Source of the DNA: a virus
Lineage: Duplodnaviria > Caudoviricetes
Length of the DNA stretch: 58,225 nt
Strand: one strand, 5' to 3'
Virus record (IMG/VR): IMGVR_UViG_3300049811_000412
Coordinates: 1 to 58,225 of that record
Under the pieces are notes generated by a model that was not told where the DNA came from, searched no databases, and worked only from the letters and a program-made list of their open reading frames with translations. The position numbers were made by a program, and so were the translations under genes. This document shows positions 8,900 through 17,700 of this stretch, in pieces (position 1 is the first letter of the stretch; every line of letters begins with the position of its first letter).

Positions 8900-9250
8900 C
8901 CTTATATAGATAGATATTTATAAATAAATTACTAAGTATTTATTTCCTCCATTGGGGTGATAGTGTCAGTGCTTTTTCTTTTGTCAGCATAGTGTCAGTA
9001 GGGCGCTGACAGAATCAAACCCTTGCTACATCTAGGTTTCAGCTATTCAGTCAATCAGTCAGTGGAATTTCACCCCTAGCCGTTTTTTTAGGTAGTACAT
9101 AAAGCCCCTCTACCCTTATGGAGAAAAATATACCCCTATAGAACGCACTGACTGATTGACTGAATCGGCATGAACCTATGCATGGCAAGGGTTTGGGTCT
9201 GCTGACAATATGCTGTCACTACTGCTGACAGATAAAAACTGCTGACTGAA
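8900..9250. repeat. Candidate replication origin: AT-rich tract plus long imperfect inverted repeat of CTGAC/GTCAG units
   Basis: AT-rich 8900-8945; ATTCAGTCAATCAGTCAGTG at 9045 is the exact reverse complement of CACTGACTGATTGACTGAAT at 9146. Confidence 0.6.
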
Positions 9251-10393
9251 TCAAAACCCCGGCATCTCTGGCCTGTCGATCATGTGGGCGTAGTGTCGAG
9301 CGGTGGTCTCCGGGGTGTTGCCGAGGGTAGCGGCAACTTGGGGGATGGATGCGCCCTGCTCCAGGAGGTGGGAACCGAGGCTGTGGCGTGCCGAGTAGGG
9401 CACACGGTCGATCCCTGCGAGGGCACAAATGCGCTTCCAGATGCGCTGGCTAAAGTTGGAATCGTTGATCGGGTTGCCCCGTGGGGAGAGAAACACCAGG
9501 TTATCGGGCTTGGCATTGTCCGGCCTGCGATTTGTCAACATGGCCACCATGTCGGGATGGAGGGTGATGGTGCGGGCCTTGTTGGTTTTGGTGCCCTTGC
9601 GCTGCCGTGCCCAGCCAGCCGTCTTGCCATCGGGGCCACGGGCTAGGGATTCGGAGATGGTCACTTGCCCTCGCTCAAGGTCAATGTGCCTCCATCGCAG
9701 CCCCACCGCCTCCGAGGGGCGCACCCCCAGGTAGAACAGCGTCATGACAAAATCGTGGTAGGGCGCGGCGTAGCGGTCGGCCTTGGCAGCATCCAAGACG
9801 GTGCGGATCTGTGCGGCGGTGAGGGGTTGGCGCTTGGGGTTGGGTTGCCGTGCGGTCTTGAGGCGCGGGATATCGGCCCAAGGGTTGTTGGCTAGGTGCC
9901 CCTGCTTGGTGGTCCAACGGCCAAACCCTCGTAGGCGGGATAGGTTCTGGTTTGCCACCGTGGGGGATTGCCGGGATCGGAGGTGCTCCACAAAAGCGGT
10001 GGCCTCAGCCTCGGTGGTGATGTTCTTGCCCCATCGGGATAAGTGGCTGAGCAGCGGCTGGTATCCGGCGGTGATGGTCTGGCCGCTGGTTCCTTCCGAG
10101 CGGCGGTAGGCCATGAACCGCTCGAACAGTTCCGCCGTAGTGGCCTGGGGTGGCGGTGCCTCCGGTTCGGGCTGGGGCCGATAGCGCTCTAGGGTTGGGT
10201 CAAACTGTTCCCTCGCAATGTCGCCTTGGATTGTGGCCGCCAGAGCAACAGCGCGTTGATAGTTCAGCGGGCTATCGGGCAAGCCCAAAGCAAGCTGGTA
10301 GGGTTGGCGCTCATGCGTCCATCGCAGTCGCAACATCCCATTGCGGCTGGTGATGGATACACTGCCTTTCTTGGCCCGCCGTGGCCTACGCAC
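9251..10393 (-). CDS. int: Tyrosine integrase with N-terminal arm-binding domain
   Basis: GVRPSEAVGLRW, YSARHS, LGN, HY catalytic motifs; N-terminal LRLRW arm-binding beta domain. Confidence 0.93.
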   Translation of the reverse strand: MRRPRRAKKGSVSITSRNGMLRLRWTHERQPYQLALGLPDSPLNYQRAVALAATIQGDIAREQFDPTLERYRPQPEPEAPPPQATTAELFERFMAYRRSEGTSGQTITAGYQPLLSHLSRWGKNITTEAEATAFVEHLRSRQSPTVANQNLSRLRGFGRWTTKQGHLANNPWADIPRLKTARQPNPKRQPLTAAQIRTVLDAAKADRYAAPYHDFVMTLFYLGVRPSEAVGLRWRHIDLERGQVTISESLARGPDGKTAGWARQRKGTKTNKARTITLHPDMVAMLTNRRPDNAKPDNLVFLSPRGNPINDSNFSQRIWKRICALAGIDRVPYSARHSLGSHLLEQGASIPQVAATLGNTPETTARHYAHMIDRPEMPGF

Positions 10394-10501
10394 GGGGGTG
10401 TCTGGGTATAATGGGCATAGTGACGATCAGTGATTCACCTACCCTCAAGGTTTGCCCGCCTTGGGGGTTCTTTTTAAAATAGACCAACAAAGGACACCCG
10501 A

Positions 10502-11089
10502 ATGATCAAACCCGATTGGTGGATTTCTCAGCAAGCCCAGCAGGGGATGATTACCCCATTCCAGCCCAATTTGATTAGGGGACTAGAGCGGCGGGGGTCT
10601 ATGCGCAAGGTCATCAGCTATGGCGCGTCATCCTACGGCTACGATATTCGCCTCAGTGCCGCCGACTTTCGAGTGTTCCGCCACATTCCCGGCACCGTCG
10701 TAGACCCCAAGAATTTCAGCCCTGCCAACCTAGAAAGCGTTGAACTGCACAGCGATGACCAGGGCGAGTATTTCATTCTTCCAGCGCATTCCTACGGGCT
10801 AGGGGTTGCTGTGGAACGGCTGCAAGTGCCGGACAATGTGACCGTCATCTGCATTGGCAAATCGACGTATGCGAGAGCGGGCATCATTGCCAACATTACC
10901 CCCGCCGAGGCTGGATGGCGGGGGCATCTCACCCTAGAATTTTCCAATTCCTCCAGCGCTGACTGCCGGGTGTACGCTGGCGAGGGCGTGGTGCAGTTGC
11001 TCTTCTTTGAGGGCGAACCCTGCGAGACGACCTACGAGGGCCGCAAGTACCAAGACCAGGAAGAGCGCGTGACGCTGGCTAGGGTGTAG
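10502..11089 (+). CDS. dcd: dCTP deaminase
   Basis: ISYGASSYGYD, GKSTYARAG, TPAEAGWRG, YAGEGVVQ, KYQ. Confidence 0.93.
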   Translation: MIKPDWWISQQAQQGMITPFQPNLIRGLERRGSMRKVISYGASSYGYDIRLSAADFRVFRHIPGTVVDPKNFSPANLESVELHSDDQGEYFILPAHSYGLGVAVERLQVPDNVTVICIGKSTYARAGIIANITPAEAGWRGHLTLEFSNSSSADCRVYAGEGVVQLLFFEGEPCETTYEGRKYQDQEERVTLARV

Positions 11090-11092
11090 ACC

Positions 11093-11272
11093 ATGCTCAC
11101 TGTATCGCTGGAGTACCTGTACCATTTCCGTTGCCACGCCTGCAACCGTTGGTGGTCGGTGGGCGATTTCCCGTGGGGTGAGAGGACTTGGGTGATGTGC
11201 CCCCACTGCGCAGCGGTTCACAATTTACCGGAAAAGCCACTGCTAGCCAAAGACTTTAAGTCAGAGGGCTAG
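11093..11272 (+). CDS. 59-aa zinc-ribbon protein (below ORF-track cutoff)
   Basis: Hand translation with CHAC..CPHC, starting 3 nt after dcd stop. Confidence 0.65.
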   Translation: MLTVSLEYLYHFRCHACNRWWSVGDFPWGERTWVMCPHCAAVHNLPEKPLLAKDFKSEG

Positions 11273-12141
11273 GGTGTAGGCGGCTCCACCCACAGCGAGG
11301 CATCCCAGGCGAAATACTGGGCAGGGTCGGGGGCAACGTAGGCAACGGGGAACGGTGTGCCCTCGGTGGCGGTGCCCCCGGTGGTGAGTTGCCAGGGGGT
11401 AACGGTGAGGGATTGTTGCCCCGCCGCTGGCCACCAGATATTCTCGGCGTAGGCGTCTACCCCTTTGTCGTAGAGCGTCAGGCCGATTAGGTCGCTGCGA
11501 GGAATGACGGCATTGAGGTCGGTGTTGAGGCGAGTGAAGGTGCCAGCAGCCGTAGCCAGCCAGGGGTTGCCGTTGGGGTAAAGGGTCGTGTTGACGCTGT
11601 TGTTGCCTACAAAAATGGCATAGGAAAGGTCGGGGTTTGGGACAACCTGTTGCCTTAACGTGTCCTGAGTTACGTCAAGGCGTAGCTCAGCAAAAACATT
11701 AGGCAGAACAAAGCCTTGGATAAAGTCAGGGCTAGAGCGTGTTCCAGAGGTGCCTTGCGACGTTGCCCAGTAGAACCGATCTATTCCAACATCTGCGGCG
11801 GCGGCAAAATGTCCCGCCATTGAAAAAAAGGCGCTGTCGTTAATTACTGACTCAAACAGGAACCCCGTCGCTCCGTAAAATACAAGGCGATCCAAAAAGG
11901 CGTTATCCCACGCCCAGCCGCCTACGACCCAATCATTCGGCCCTGGCCCGGTGGCGGTGATGCCGTAGAGTCGAATGCGGTTGTAGGTAGGGCTGCTGAG
12001 GGGGGCCACAAACACAGGCTCTTGATTCCAGCCCCCCACATAGTAGCCCTGGTCATCGCCGCTGTACTTTTCCAGCAACAGCTTGAGGGGAAATTCTGGC
12101 AGCGCGGGCGACCCCTGGAAATACACAAAGCGGCGGGCCAT
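11269..12141 (-). CDS. Putative tail-tip or receptor-binding protein
   Basis: Last gene of tail operon; aromatic beta-rich. Confidence 0.5.
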   Translation of the reverse strand: MARRFVYFQGSPALPEFPLKLLLEKYSGDDQGYYVGGWNQEPVFVAPLSSPTYNRIRLYGITATGPGPNDWVVGGWAWDNAFLDRLVFYGATGFLFESVINDSAFFSMAGHFAAAADVGIDRFYWATSQGTSGTRSSPDFIQGFVLPNVFAELRLDVTQDTLRQQVVPNPDLSYAIFVGNNSVNTTLYPNGNPWLATAAGTFTRLNTDLNAVIPRSDLIGLTLYDKGVDAYAENIWWPAAGQQSLTVTPWQLTTGGTATEGTPFPVAYVAPDPAQYFAWDASLWVEPPTP

Positions 12142-12142
12142 G

Positions 12143-12847
12143 CTAGATCCTCCGGGTGGCAATCGACACCGATAGCGGCGGCGGTATGGGGTCGTCTTCG
12201 CCGTCGGGAATGCCGGATAGGGTCAGGGTGATGGTGCCCCCCACTTCCACAGGTTCGCCTACCGCTGGGGCAATGGCAATGGTGTAGTCTACCTCCGGCT
12301 GGTGTAGCGCCTCAATCCGGCAGGGGTAAGCCTGGTATTGGGTGATGGTGTAGCTGCGGTTTTTGGGTTCGTCGATGGCAACGTCGATCTGTTCAATGGC
12401 CAGCACGTTCAGTACATCCCGCTGCGCCGCTTCGATCTGCGAGATGACGTTGCCGCCAGCGCCGCCATTACTGCCAGACGGGGGCGCATTGACCGCACTG
12501 GTTTGAGAATCCCCAAACCGTTGCAGGGGCAAGCGCTTACCGACCAATGCCCCATCGGTCAACGCCTGGGCGCGAATGGTGCCCCCGTCGGGGGTAGTGA
12601 TGAGCCAGTCGCCAGTGACAGGATCGTAGCCCGCAGCGGTGCCTGTCACCGGGGCGGTGCGCTGGGCCTCCTCAGTTTTTGCCTGGGCTATTTTCCCCGT
12701 AGCCGTTGCCTTGTCAGCATTGATAAGCGCCTGCTGACGAGCGGTGATGGTAGTCGCTCGAACCGTTTCGGCTCTAGTTGTTACAGCCTTAGTGGTTACA
12801 GCTTTGTTTGTTGTGGCGCGTGTGGTGGTGGGGCGGATGGTTGCCAT
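12143..12847 (-). CDS. Putative minor tail protein
   Basis: Synteny; Thr-rich 5-aa repeats at N-terminus. Confidence 0.5.
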   Translation of the reverse strand: MATIRPTTTRATTNKAVTTKAVTTRAETVRATTITARQQALINADKATATGKIAQAKTEEAQRTAPVTGTAAGYDPVTGDWLITTPDGGTIRAQALTDGALVGKRLPLQRFGDSQTSAVNAPPSGSNGGAGGNVISQIEAAQRDVLNVLAIEQIDVAIDEPKNRSYTITQYQAYPCRIEALHQPEVDYTIAIAPAVGEPVEVGGTITLTLSGIPDGEDDPIPPPLSVSIATRRI

Positions 12848-13311
12848 TAGCTACCCCTCACAATTACCACAAACTCAGCGGGCAGGTTGAACCCCTCGGC
12901 CATTGTTGCCCAGGTTTCTCGCTGGGCTGGGGATACCTCGGCCAGGGTGCAAATCTGACTATACAAAAAGGCAAACATGGCCGTTTGCCCTGTGCTGATC
13001 TGAGTCATCGCAGCAGGCAGCGCTTCTGTAATTCCAGGGTTAATCCCTCTCACAATAGCGGTTGCCGCTTGCCAATTTGGTTCCAATAAAATTGCCGCAT
13101 TCAGCGCATCCCAGTCTGGCTCTGGCAGTGCAGCGGGTGGCTCCCAAGTTGTTGTAATTTCCCCGGTCTCCCAATCTATAATCCATTCAGAGCGTGGGCC
13201 TGGGGGCAAAGGGTGGTCATCAGGTAGTTTCAAATACCGACCATCGGGAGCGACCCAATCATCCCCCGGCAGTATTAGCTGTGGCCCATTTGGTGTGTCT
13301 AATAGAATCAT
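12847..13311 (-). CDS. Putative tail fibre assembly or accessory protein
   Basis: Directly downstream of fibre gene; size and PEPDW motif. Confidence 0.45.
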   Translation of the reverse strand: MILLDTPNGPQLILPGDDWVAPDGRYLKLPDDHPLPPGPRSEWIIDWETGEITTTWEPPAALPEPDWDALNAAILLEPNWQAATAIVRGINPGITEALPAAMTQISTGQTAMFAFLYSQICTLAEVSPAQRETWATMAEGFNLPAEFVVIVRGS

Positions 13312-13319
13312 TTTTCCTG

Positions 13320-14489
13320 CTAGTAAATGAATAAAACTTGGCCAAGTAAAGCTGAAATCGGACTACTTGGCGCTAAATCTCTCTGATTAAATTTAATAGC
13401 ATTGCCTTCGACCACCACCAGTGGATAAGGCGTGATATTGGCATAATCTATGGTTGCGACTTTCAAAGTCGGACTTGATGGCAAGGCATATGCAGACGTC
13501 CATGAGAAAATGGTACTCGAATCAGTAGGAACGGAGGCTGCACCTACGCAAAACTCGACTATAACCAAGCGTAAAAACTCATTTACTCGGACACGAGTAG
13601 GATGACTCCCGACGAGAACCGGATCAAATTCAGCCCCAAACGTTAACGATAGAGTTGTCCAATTTCCTAGTGCAGGAATGCCTAAACTATCCCGAACTGT
13701 AGCACCTGACTCCGTCACCCAATCCGTACCATTACCCACAATAAAATTGCCATCATTGGGGGTCAATGCTGCAATGGTGGTTAGGTCGCTGTCAAGCGGT
13801 TGAGCACCAATGGCCGTGCGAAAGTCGGCGGCTGACAGGGCGCTGATAGTGTTGTCCGGGTTGACTCGTGGGAACGTGATTGCGCTGGGATTGGTGAGGG
13901 TGAACAGGTTGCTCCCTACCGTTGTGGCCCCTAGGGTTGTTCGTGCGGCGGCGGCGTTGGCGTCGTCAATTAGGCTTTTGCCATAGGTGCTGACGGTGTA
14001 GGTGCCGTAGGTGGTGGCCCCGGTTTTTTCCAGGGTGCCAGAGGTGGCCGCGGGAATAGCCCCGGCGCGGGTGATTTGGTCTGCTGTCCATCCCGACACG
14101 GTGGTGATGTTGGCAGGGACGCTGGTGATAGTTGACCATGCCTGGGTGTGGCTGGTAGGTGCTGCGCCGATGTAGGCGAGGGCGGCGGCGGCATCTGCCA
14201 ACGTCAGCATCCCCCGGCCATATCCTGTAGTCGTGAGGGCGGCAATGTCGGTGAGGTTGGTGTTGAGCGGCTGAGCATCGGTGATGCCAAATCCCTCTAG
14301 GGTAGTGGGCTTGCCGCTGATGCTGCCCCAAGTGACGCCCGTGCGACAGTAGGTGGCTAGGGCGTCAATGTCGATTCGGCCATCGCTAGAGCCGCCCACC
14401 TCCAAAAATTGCCCAGCAGCAGGGGCAACCAAGGCCAGGTCGGTGATGGTGTAGCCCGTGATGGGCAGTGTGGTAATCGGCGTGGTCAT
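13320..14489 (-). CDS. Tail fibre protein
   Basis: WGSISGKPTTLEGFGITDA fibre repeat; AAAARTTLG and AQPL-x-x-x-LT-x-IAAL repeats. Confidence 0.8.
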   Translation of the reverse strand: MTTPITTLPITGYTITDLALVAPAAGQFLEVGGSSDGRIDIDALATYCRTGVTWGSISGKPTTLEGFGITDAQPLNTNLTDIAALTTTGYGRGMLTLADAAAALAYIGAAPTSHTQAWSTITSVPANITTVSGWTADQITRAGAIPAATSGTLEKTGATTYGTYTVSTYGKSLIDDANAAAARTTLGATTVGSNLFTLTNPSAITFPRVNPDNTISALSAADFRTAIGAQPLDSDLTTIAALTPNDGNFIVGNGTDWVTESGATVRDSLGIPALGNWTTLSLTFGAEFDPVLVGSHPTRVRVNEFLRLVIVEFCVGAASVPTDSSTIFSWTSAYALPSSPTLKVATIDYANITPYPLVVVEGNAIKFNQRDLAPSSPISALLGQVLFIY

Positions 14490-16261
14490 AGAATGCGGGC
14501 CTCCCCGGTAGCGGTTACTCGAATGCCTCCAGCCACGGCGCGAACCTCCTTAGAAACCTGAACAGCGGGCGGGCTGATGGTGCCCCCCACAATGCGCCCC
14601 AACTCAATTCCCTTGCCCCCTATCGACGCATCGCGCTGGGTAATCACCAACTGCAACGCCTCTACCAGGTAACTCGTAGTGATTCCGCCTAGGGTAAAGT
14701 CTACGCGCTGCACGGGGTTGAAATTGGTGAGCCATTCGGCAGTAAGGTCTGCGGCCCACTTGATGGGGAACTGTCGGCCCTGACGGATGCGGCCCCAGTG
14801 TTCCGCCATCCGTCGGCATTGGGTATCGCTGATGCCCATCCCTGAGGGCAGTTGCACCGACCACAGCTTTTCGGCAAAGCCACTGCCCGCGGGCGAAGAG
14901 AAACGGGCTTGGCCCTGGAACTGCTTTTCGGTGCGTTGCTTTTCGGCGGGTCGGTAGGATGTAGCCGGGGGCGTGTTGTTGGTAGATGCGCCTCTGCGTT
15001 CGGGTAGAGAGGGCTGGGTCTGGTCAAAGTTGGTTTGGGTGCGCTGGTAGGTGTATTCCTCGGCCCCTACCTTTGTCCAGCGTTCGATGGTGATTTGGGC
15101 CTTAGCCAGTTGTGCCGTATTGCCAGTTCTCACAGAGCGCTCAATAGTCGTCCGCCGTTCCTTGAGGATGTCGTCAAAATCGTAGATGTACTGAATAGTG
15201 GTGCGTTCTGCCTGGATCAGCGAGTCAGGGTTGATGCTGTTGTCATTGGGAAACACAAAACCGATAGGCCGCTCAATAAGGTCAACTTCGGTTGTCAGCT
15301 TGGCATCCAAGGGATTGTAAATCTGAGTTTTGGTCAGCCGACTATCTACGGTCAGGGCATCAGGATTAACCCAGGGAATGTTTGGCATCACCACGCCCAG
15401 TGGTTGCTCTACCTGCTCAATGTAGATAGGCTGATCGGTGCCCCTATCCCGATAGGTAACGGTCGTCCGCACCGTCACCCCGTCTACCTCATCGGTGGTA
15501 ACAAAGCTCTCGTCCTCGACAGCCTCGATCTTATAGGTCGTCCCCTGCACCTTCACCACCTCCGGCGGTTGCTCCCCTGGTGCCTCTGGGATGTAGTCGG
15601 CCTCATTGGTGCCCACGGTGTAAGCGGCTAGGGGCGTGGCCAGGGCATCGAGGTCAAACGGCACCGCCCGGATTGCCCCATCGGCCTGTTGCCAGAGGAC
15701 GTGCTTAGCCGCGTAGGCCACCGATCCGGCGTAGGTCATCCACGAACCGCCCGTGTTTTTTTCTGGGCTGAAGGGCAGGTTCAACCCCGTCACAGTGTCG
15801 CTAAGGGTTGGTGCCCCAGCTTTGGCGAGGGCGCGGTTAATCAGCGTCGTTGCCCCGGTCGGTGTGCCGTACTCATCGGTGCCAGGGTCGCCCTCAGGGG
15901 CGCGATAGTTCAGCAGGTCGGCATCACCGCCGAGGTCGAGGCTGATGGTGGGCTGGCCAGGGTAAGGCCGATTCGGGTAGGCCAGAATCCGTAGGTGCCA
16001 TGGCAGGGGCACCCAGCCCGCCCCCAGGTCAACCGAGATCGCAACCACGGTTCCCGGTGCCCAGCGGGTGGGGTTGTCGCGGCAATCGAAGGACTCCGGT
16101 TGTCCCTCCCAGTAGGCGGCGAGTTCCAACTGCCCACGAGGCTTAAACCATCCGCTTTCGTCCCAGGTGCCCGCCCCAATGGAAAGCTGCACAAAAGCGG
16201 GGGAGAGGTCGAGTCCTCCCACCACCACCTGAACTGGAACGCTGCGAAGGTTAACGGTCAT
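14486..16261 (-). CDS. Tail hub or central tail-tip protein
   Basis: ~590 aa, downstream of tape measure and Dit-like gene. Confidence 0.6.
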   Translation of the reverse strand: MTVNLRSVPVQVVVGGLDLSPAFVQLSIGAGTWDESGWFKPRGQLELAAYWEGQPESFDCRDNPTRWAPGTVVAISVDLGAGWVPLPWHLRILAYPNRPYPGQPTISLDLGGDADLLNYRAPEGDPGTDEYGTPTGATTLINRALAKAGAPTLSDTVTGLNLPFSPEKNTGGSWMTYAGSVAYAAKHVLWQQADGAIRAVPFDLDALATPLAAYTVGTNEADYIPEAPGEQPPEVVKVQGTTYKIEAVEDESFVTTDEVDGVTVRTTVTYRDRGTDQPIYIEQVEQPLGVVMPNIPWVNPDALTVDSRLTKTQIYNPLDAKLTTEVDLIERPIGFVFPNDNSINPDSLIQAERTTIQYIYDFDDILKERRTTIERSVRTGNTAQLAKAQITIERWTKVGAEEYTYQRTQTNFDQTQPSLPERRGASTNNTPPATSYRPAEKQRTEKQFQGQARFSSPAGSGFAEKLWSVQLPSGMGISDTQCRRMAEHWGRIRQGRQFPIKWAADLTAEWLTNFNPVQRVDFTLGGITTSYLVEALQLVITQRDASIGGKGIELGRIVGGTISPPAVQVSKEVRAVAGGIRVTATGEARIL

Positions 16262-16566
16262 GCACCCACCTGCCCCCGCCCCAAAGGTGTGACATTGACT
16301 ATCCCGCAAACAACGTAAATAGGCTTAATTGGCTGTCCTGTTCGCTGGTGGTAGCGATCCACTCGGATAATTACCCTCGGATAATTGCAGCGCAATGTAT
16401 TTCCCGCCTTCTGTTTTGAAGAGGCTCGCCAATACTCAACACAGGCATTAGGGTTGCCATCGGGGGCAACGACCGAAATCACAACACCTTCACCTTCCTG
16501 GGATAGCCGTTCCCAGCGAACCCGTTGACCCATAAGGGCTGCGGCTTTTTTAAGGGTTGATTTCAT
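16258..16566 (-). CDS. Hypothetical basic protein
   Basis: Stop/start overlap with both neighbours. Confidence 0.55.
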   Translation of the reverse strand: MKSTLKKAAALMGQRVRWERLSQEGEGVVISVVAPDGNPNACVEYWRASSKQKAGNTLRCNYPRVIIRVDRYHQRTGQPIKPIYVVCGIVNVTPLGRGQVGA

Positions 16567-16778
16567 AGCTCAACCTCCATCTCCAGATCAATCGCCCTCA
16601 CCAGCGTTTGCTGGGCTTCGGTCAAATCCTGGATGCGGCTTTTGTGCCCTCGGCGTCCAGCACACAGCAGCTTTTTGATCGCATGGGCCGTGGCGGGGCA
16701 AGTCACCCCATAGGCTAGGAGGATGGCGTACACATCGGCGGGGCGTCCGTTGATTTCCACGTTGTAGGGGTTGCTCAT
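16563..16778 (-). CDS. DUF3310-like phage protein
   Basis: HAIKKLLCAGRRGHK..QDL-x-EA motif. Confidence 0.65.
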   Translation of the reverse strand: MSNPYNVEINGRPADVYAILLAYGVTCPATAHAIKKLLCAGRRGHKSRIQDLTEAQQTLVRAIDLEMEVEL

Positions 16779-16930
16779 CACAAACACACTCCATAAACAT
16801 CGCCGCCCCCGCCACCCTGAAGGCGTTTAGGAAATTCGTTTTTGCTAGCGGCCAAGGCAAACAGCGATAGCCCTATCGCTAGAACGACTAGGGCTATCGC
16901 AATCAGATCAGTTTGGCGCAGTGGACTCAT
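16778..16930 (-). CDS. 50-aa single-TM protein (below cutoff)
   Basis: MSPLRQTDLIAIALVVLAIGLSLFALAAS..; preceded by CCGACAAAAGACA leader. Confidence 0.6.
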   Translation of the reverse strand: MSPLRQTDLIAIALVVLAIGLSLFALAASKNEFPKRLQGGGGGDVYGVCL

Positions 16931-17023
16931 GGTGGTTAAGCCTGTCTTTTGTCGGTCGGTTTTAACTGCGCTTAGCCATATTTTGGTATTTACGGCGGCG
17001 CTTTAACAGGGTGCAATGTTGCA

Positions 17024-17200
17024 CTATTTCGCGTTGTCAATCTTATCGTTGAGTTGTTCAAGCTCTCGGAGCAATTGATCGGTTTCGCGGCTCGGCCCCA
17101 TGATGGTTTGATAGGTGTCAAACGCGACAAGGGCGGCACCTACGGCTACTAAAGCTAATGCCGCAATAATGACTTTTTTCTTCGTACTGGTGGTGTTCAT
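17024..17200 (-). CDS. 58-aa single-TM protein resembling the tape measure TM segment (below cutoff)
   Basis: AGGAGA RBS; MNTTSTKKKVIIAALALVAVGAALVAFDTYQTIMGPSRETDQLLRELEQLNDKIDNAK. Confidence 0.72.
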   Translation of the reverse strand: MNTTSTKKKVIIAALALVAVGAALVAFDTYQTIMGPSRETDQLLRELEQLNDKIDNAK

Positions 17201-17208
17201 AGAATCTC

Positions 17209-17700
17209 CTAAATTGCCAATCGTTTTGTGGTTTCGACCAGTTGGAACGTTGCCTTTATCATTGTACCCTTGGAGGTTTGACGCTCTAAGGTAAGGTCTC
17301 CGCTAAACCGCACATTGAACTGCGCCGGATACCGTACTACAGTGCCCACTGTCGCCACCGTTCCCCCCGTGGCCAATGCCCTAGTCCGTGGGGCCAATTC
17401 CGAGTAGTCGCGGCTGTAGTCATGCAACACCAGATCGCCGCTAGCAATCTGCCACAGGTTGAACATGGCCTCCAGGTTGTCGGCGTCACTAAACACCGTG
17501 GGGCTACTGCGCACGTCGCTCACCAGGGCCGAGATTTGCCACAGGTGCGGCGGCTCAAAGGATGTCCCACGCTGAATGGGGGTGCCGTAGGCGGTACGGC
17601 TAATCTCTGGCGTGTCGATGCGTTTGCGGGGCCACGATGCCCCATCAAATCGCGTGAAGGCCACCGATAGCCCTTGGTAGGTTAGTGTCAGTCCGCTCAT
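17209..17700 (-). CDS. Distal tail (Dit-like) protein
   Basis: Immediately after tape measure; size and beta-rich C-terminus. Confidence 0.6.
   Translation of the reverse strand: MSGLTLTYQGLSVAFTRFDGASWPRKRIDTPEISRTAYGTPIQRGTSFEPPHLWQISALVSDVRSSPTVFSDADNLEAMFNLWQIASGDLVLHDYSRDYSELAPRTRALATGGTVATVGTVVRYPAQFNVRFSGDLTLERQTSKGTMIKATFQLVETTKRLAI

Noticed and set aside
11269-14489. Diversity-generating retroelement or invertible tail cassette
   Set aside because: No reverse transcriptase, template/variable repeat pair or invertase seen
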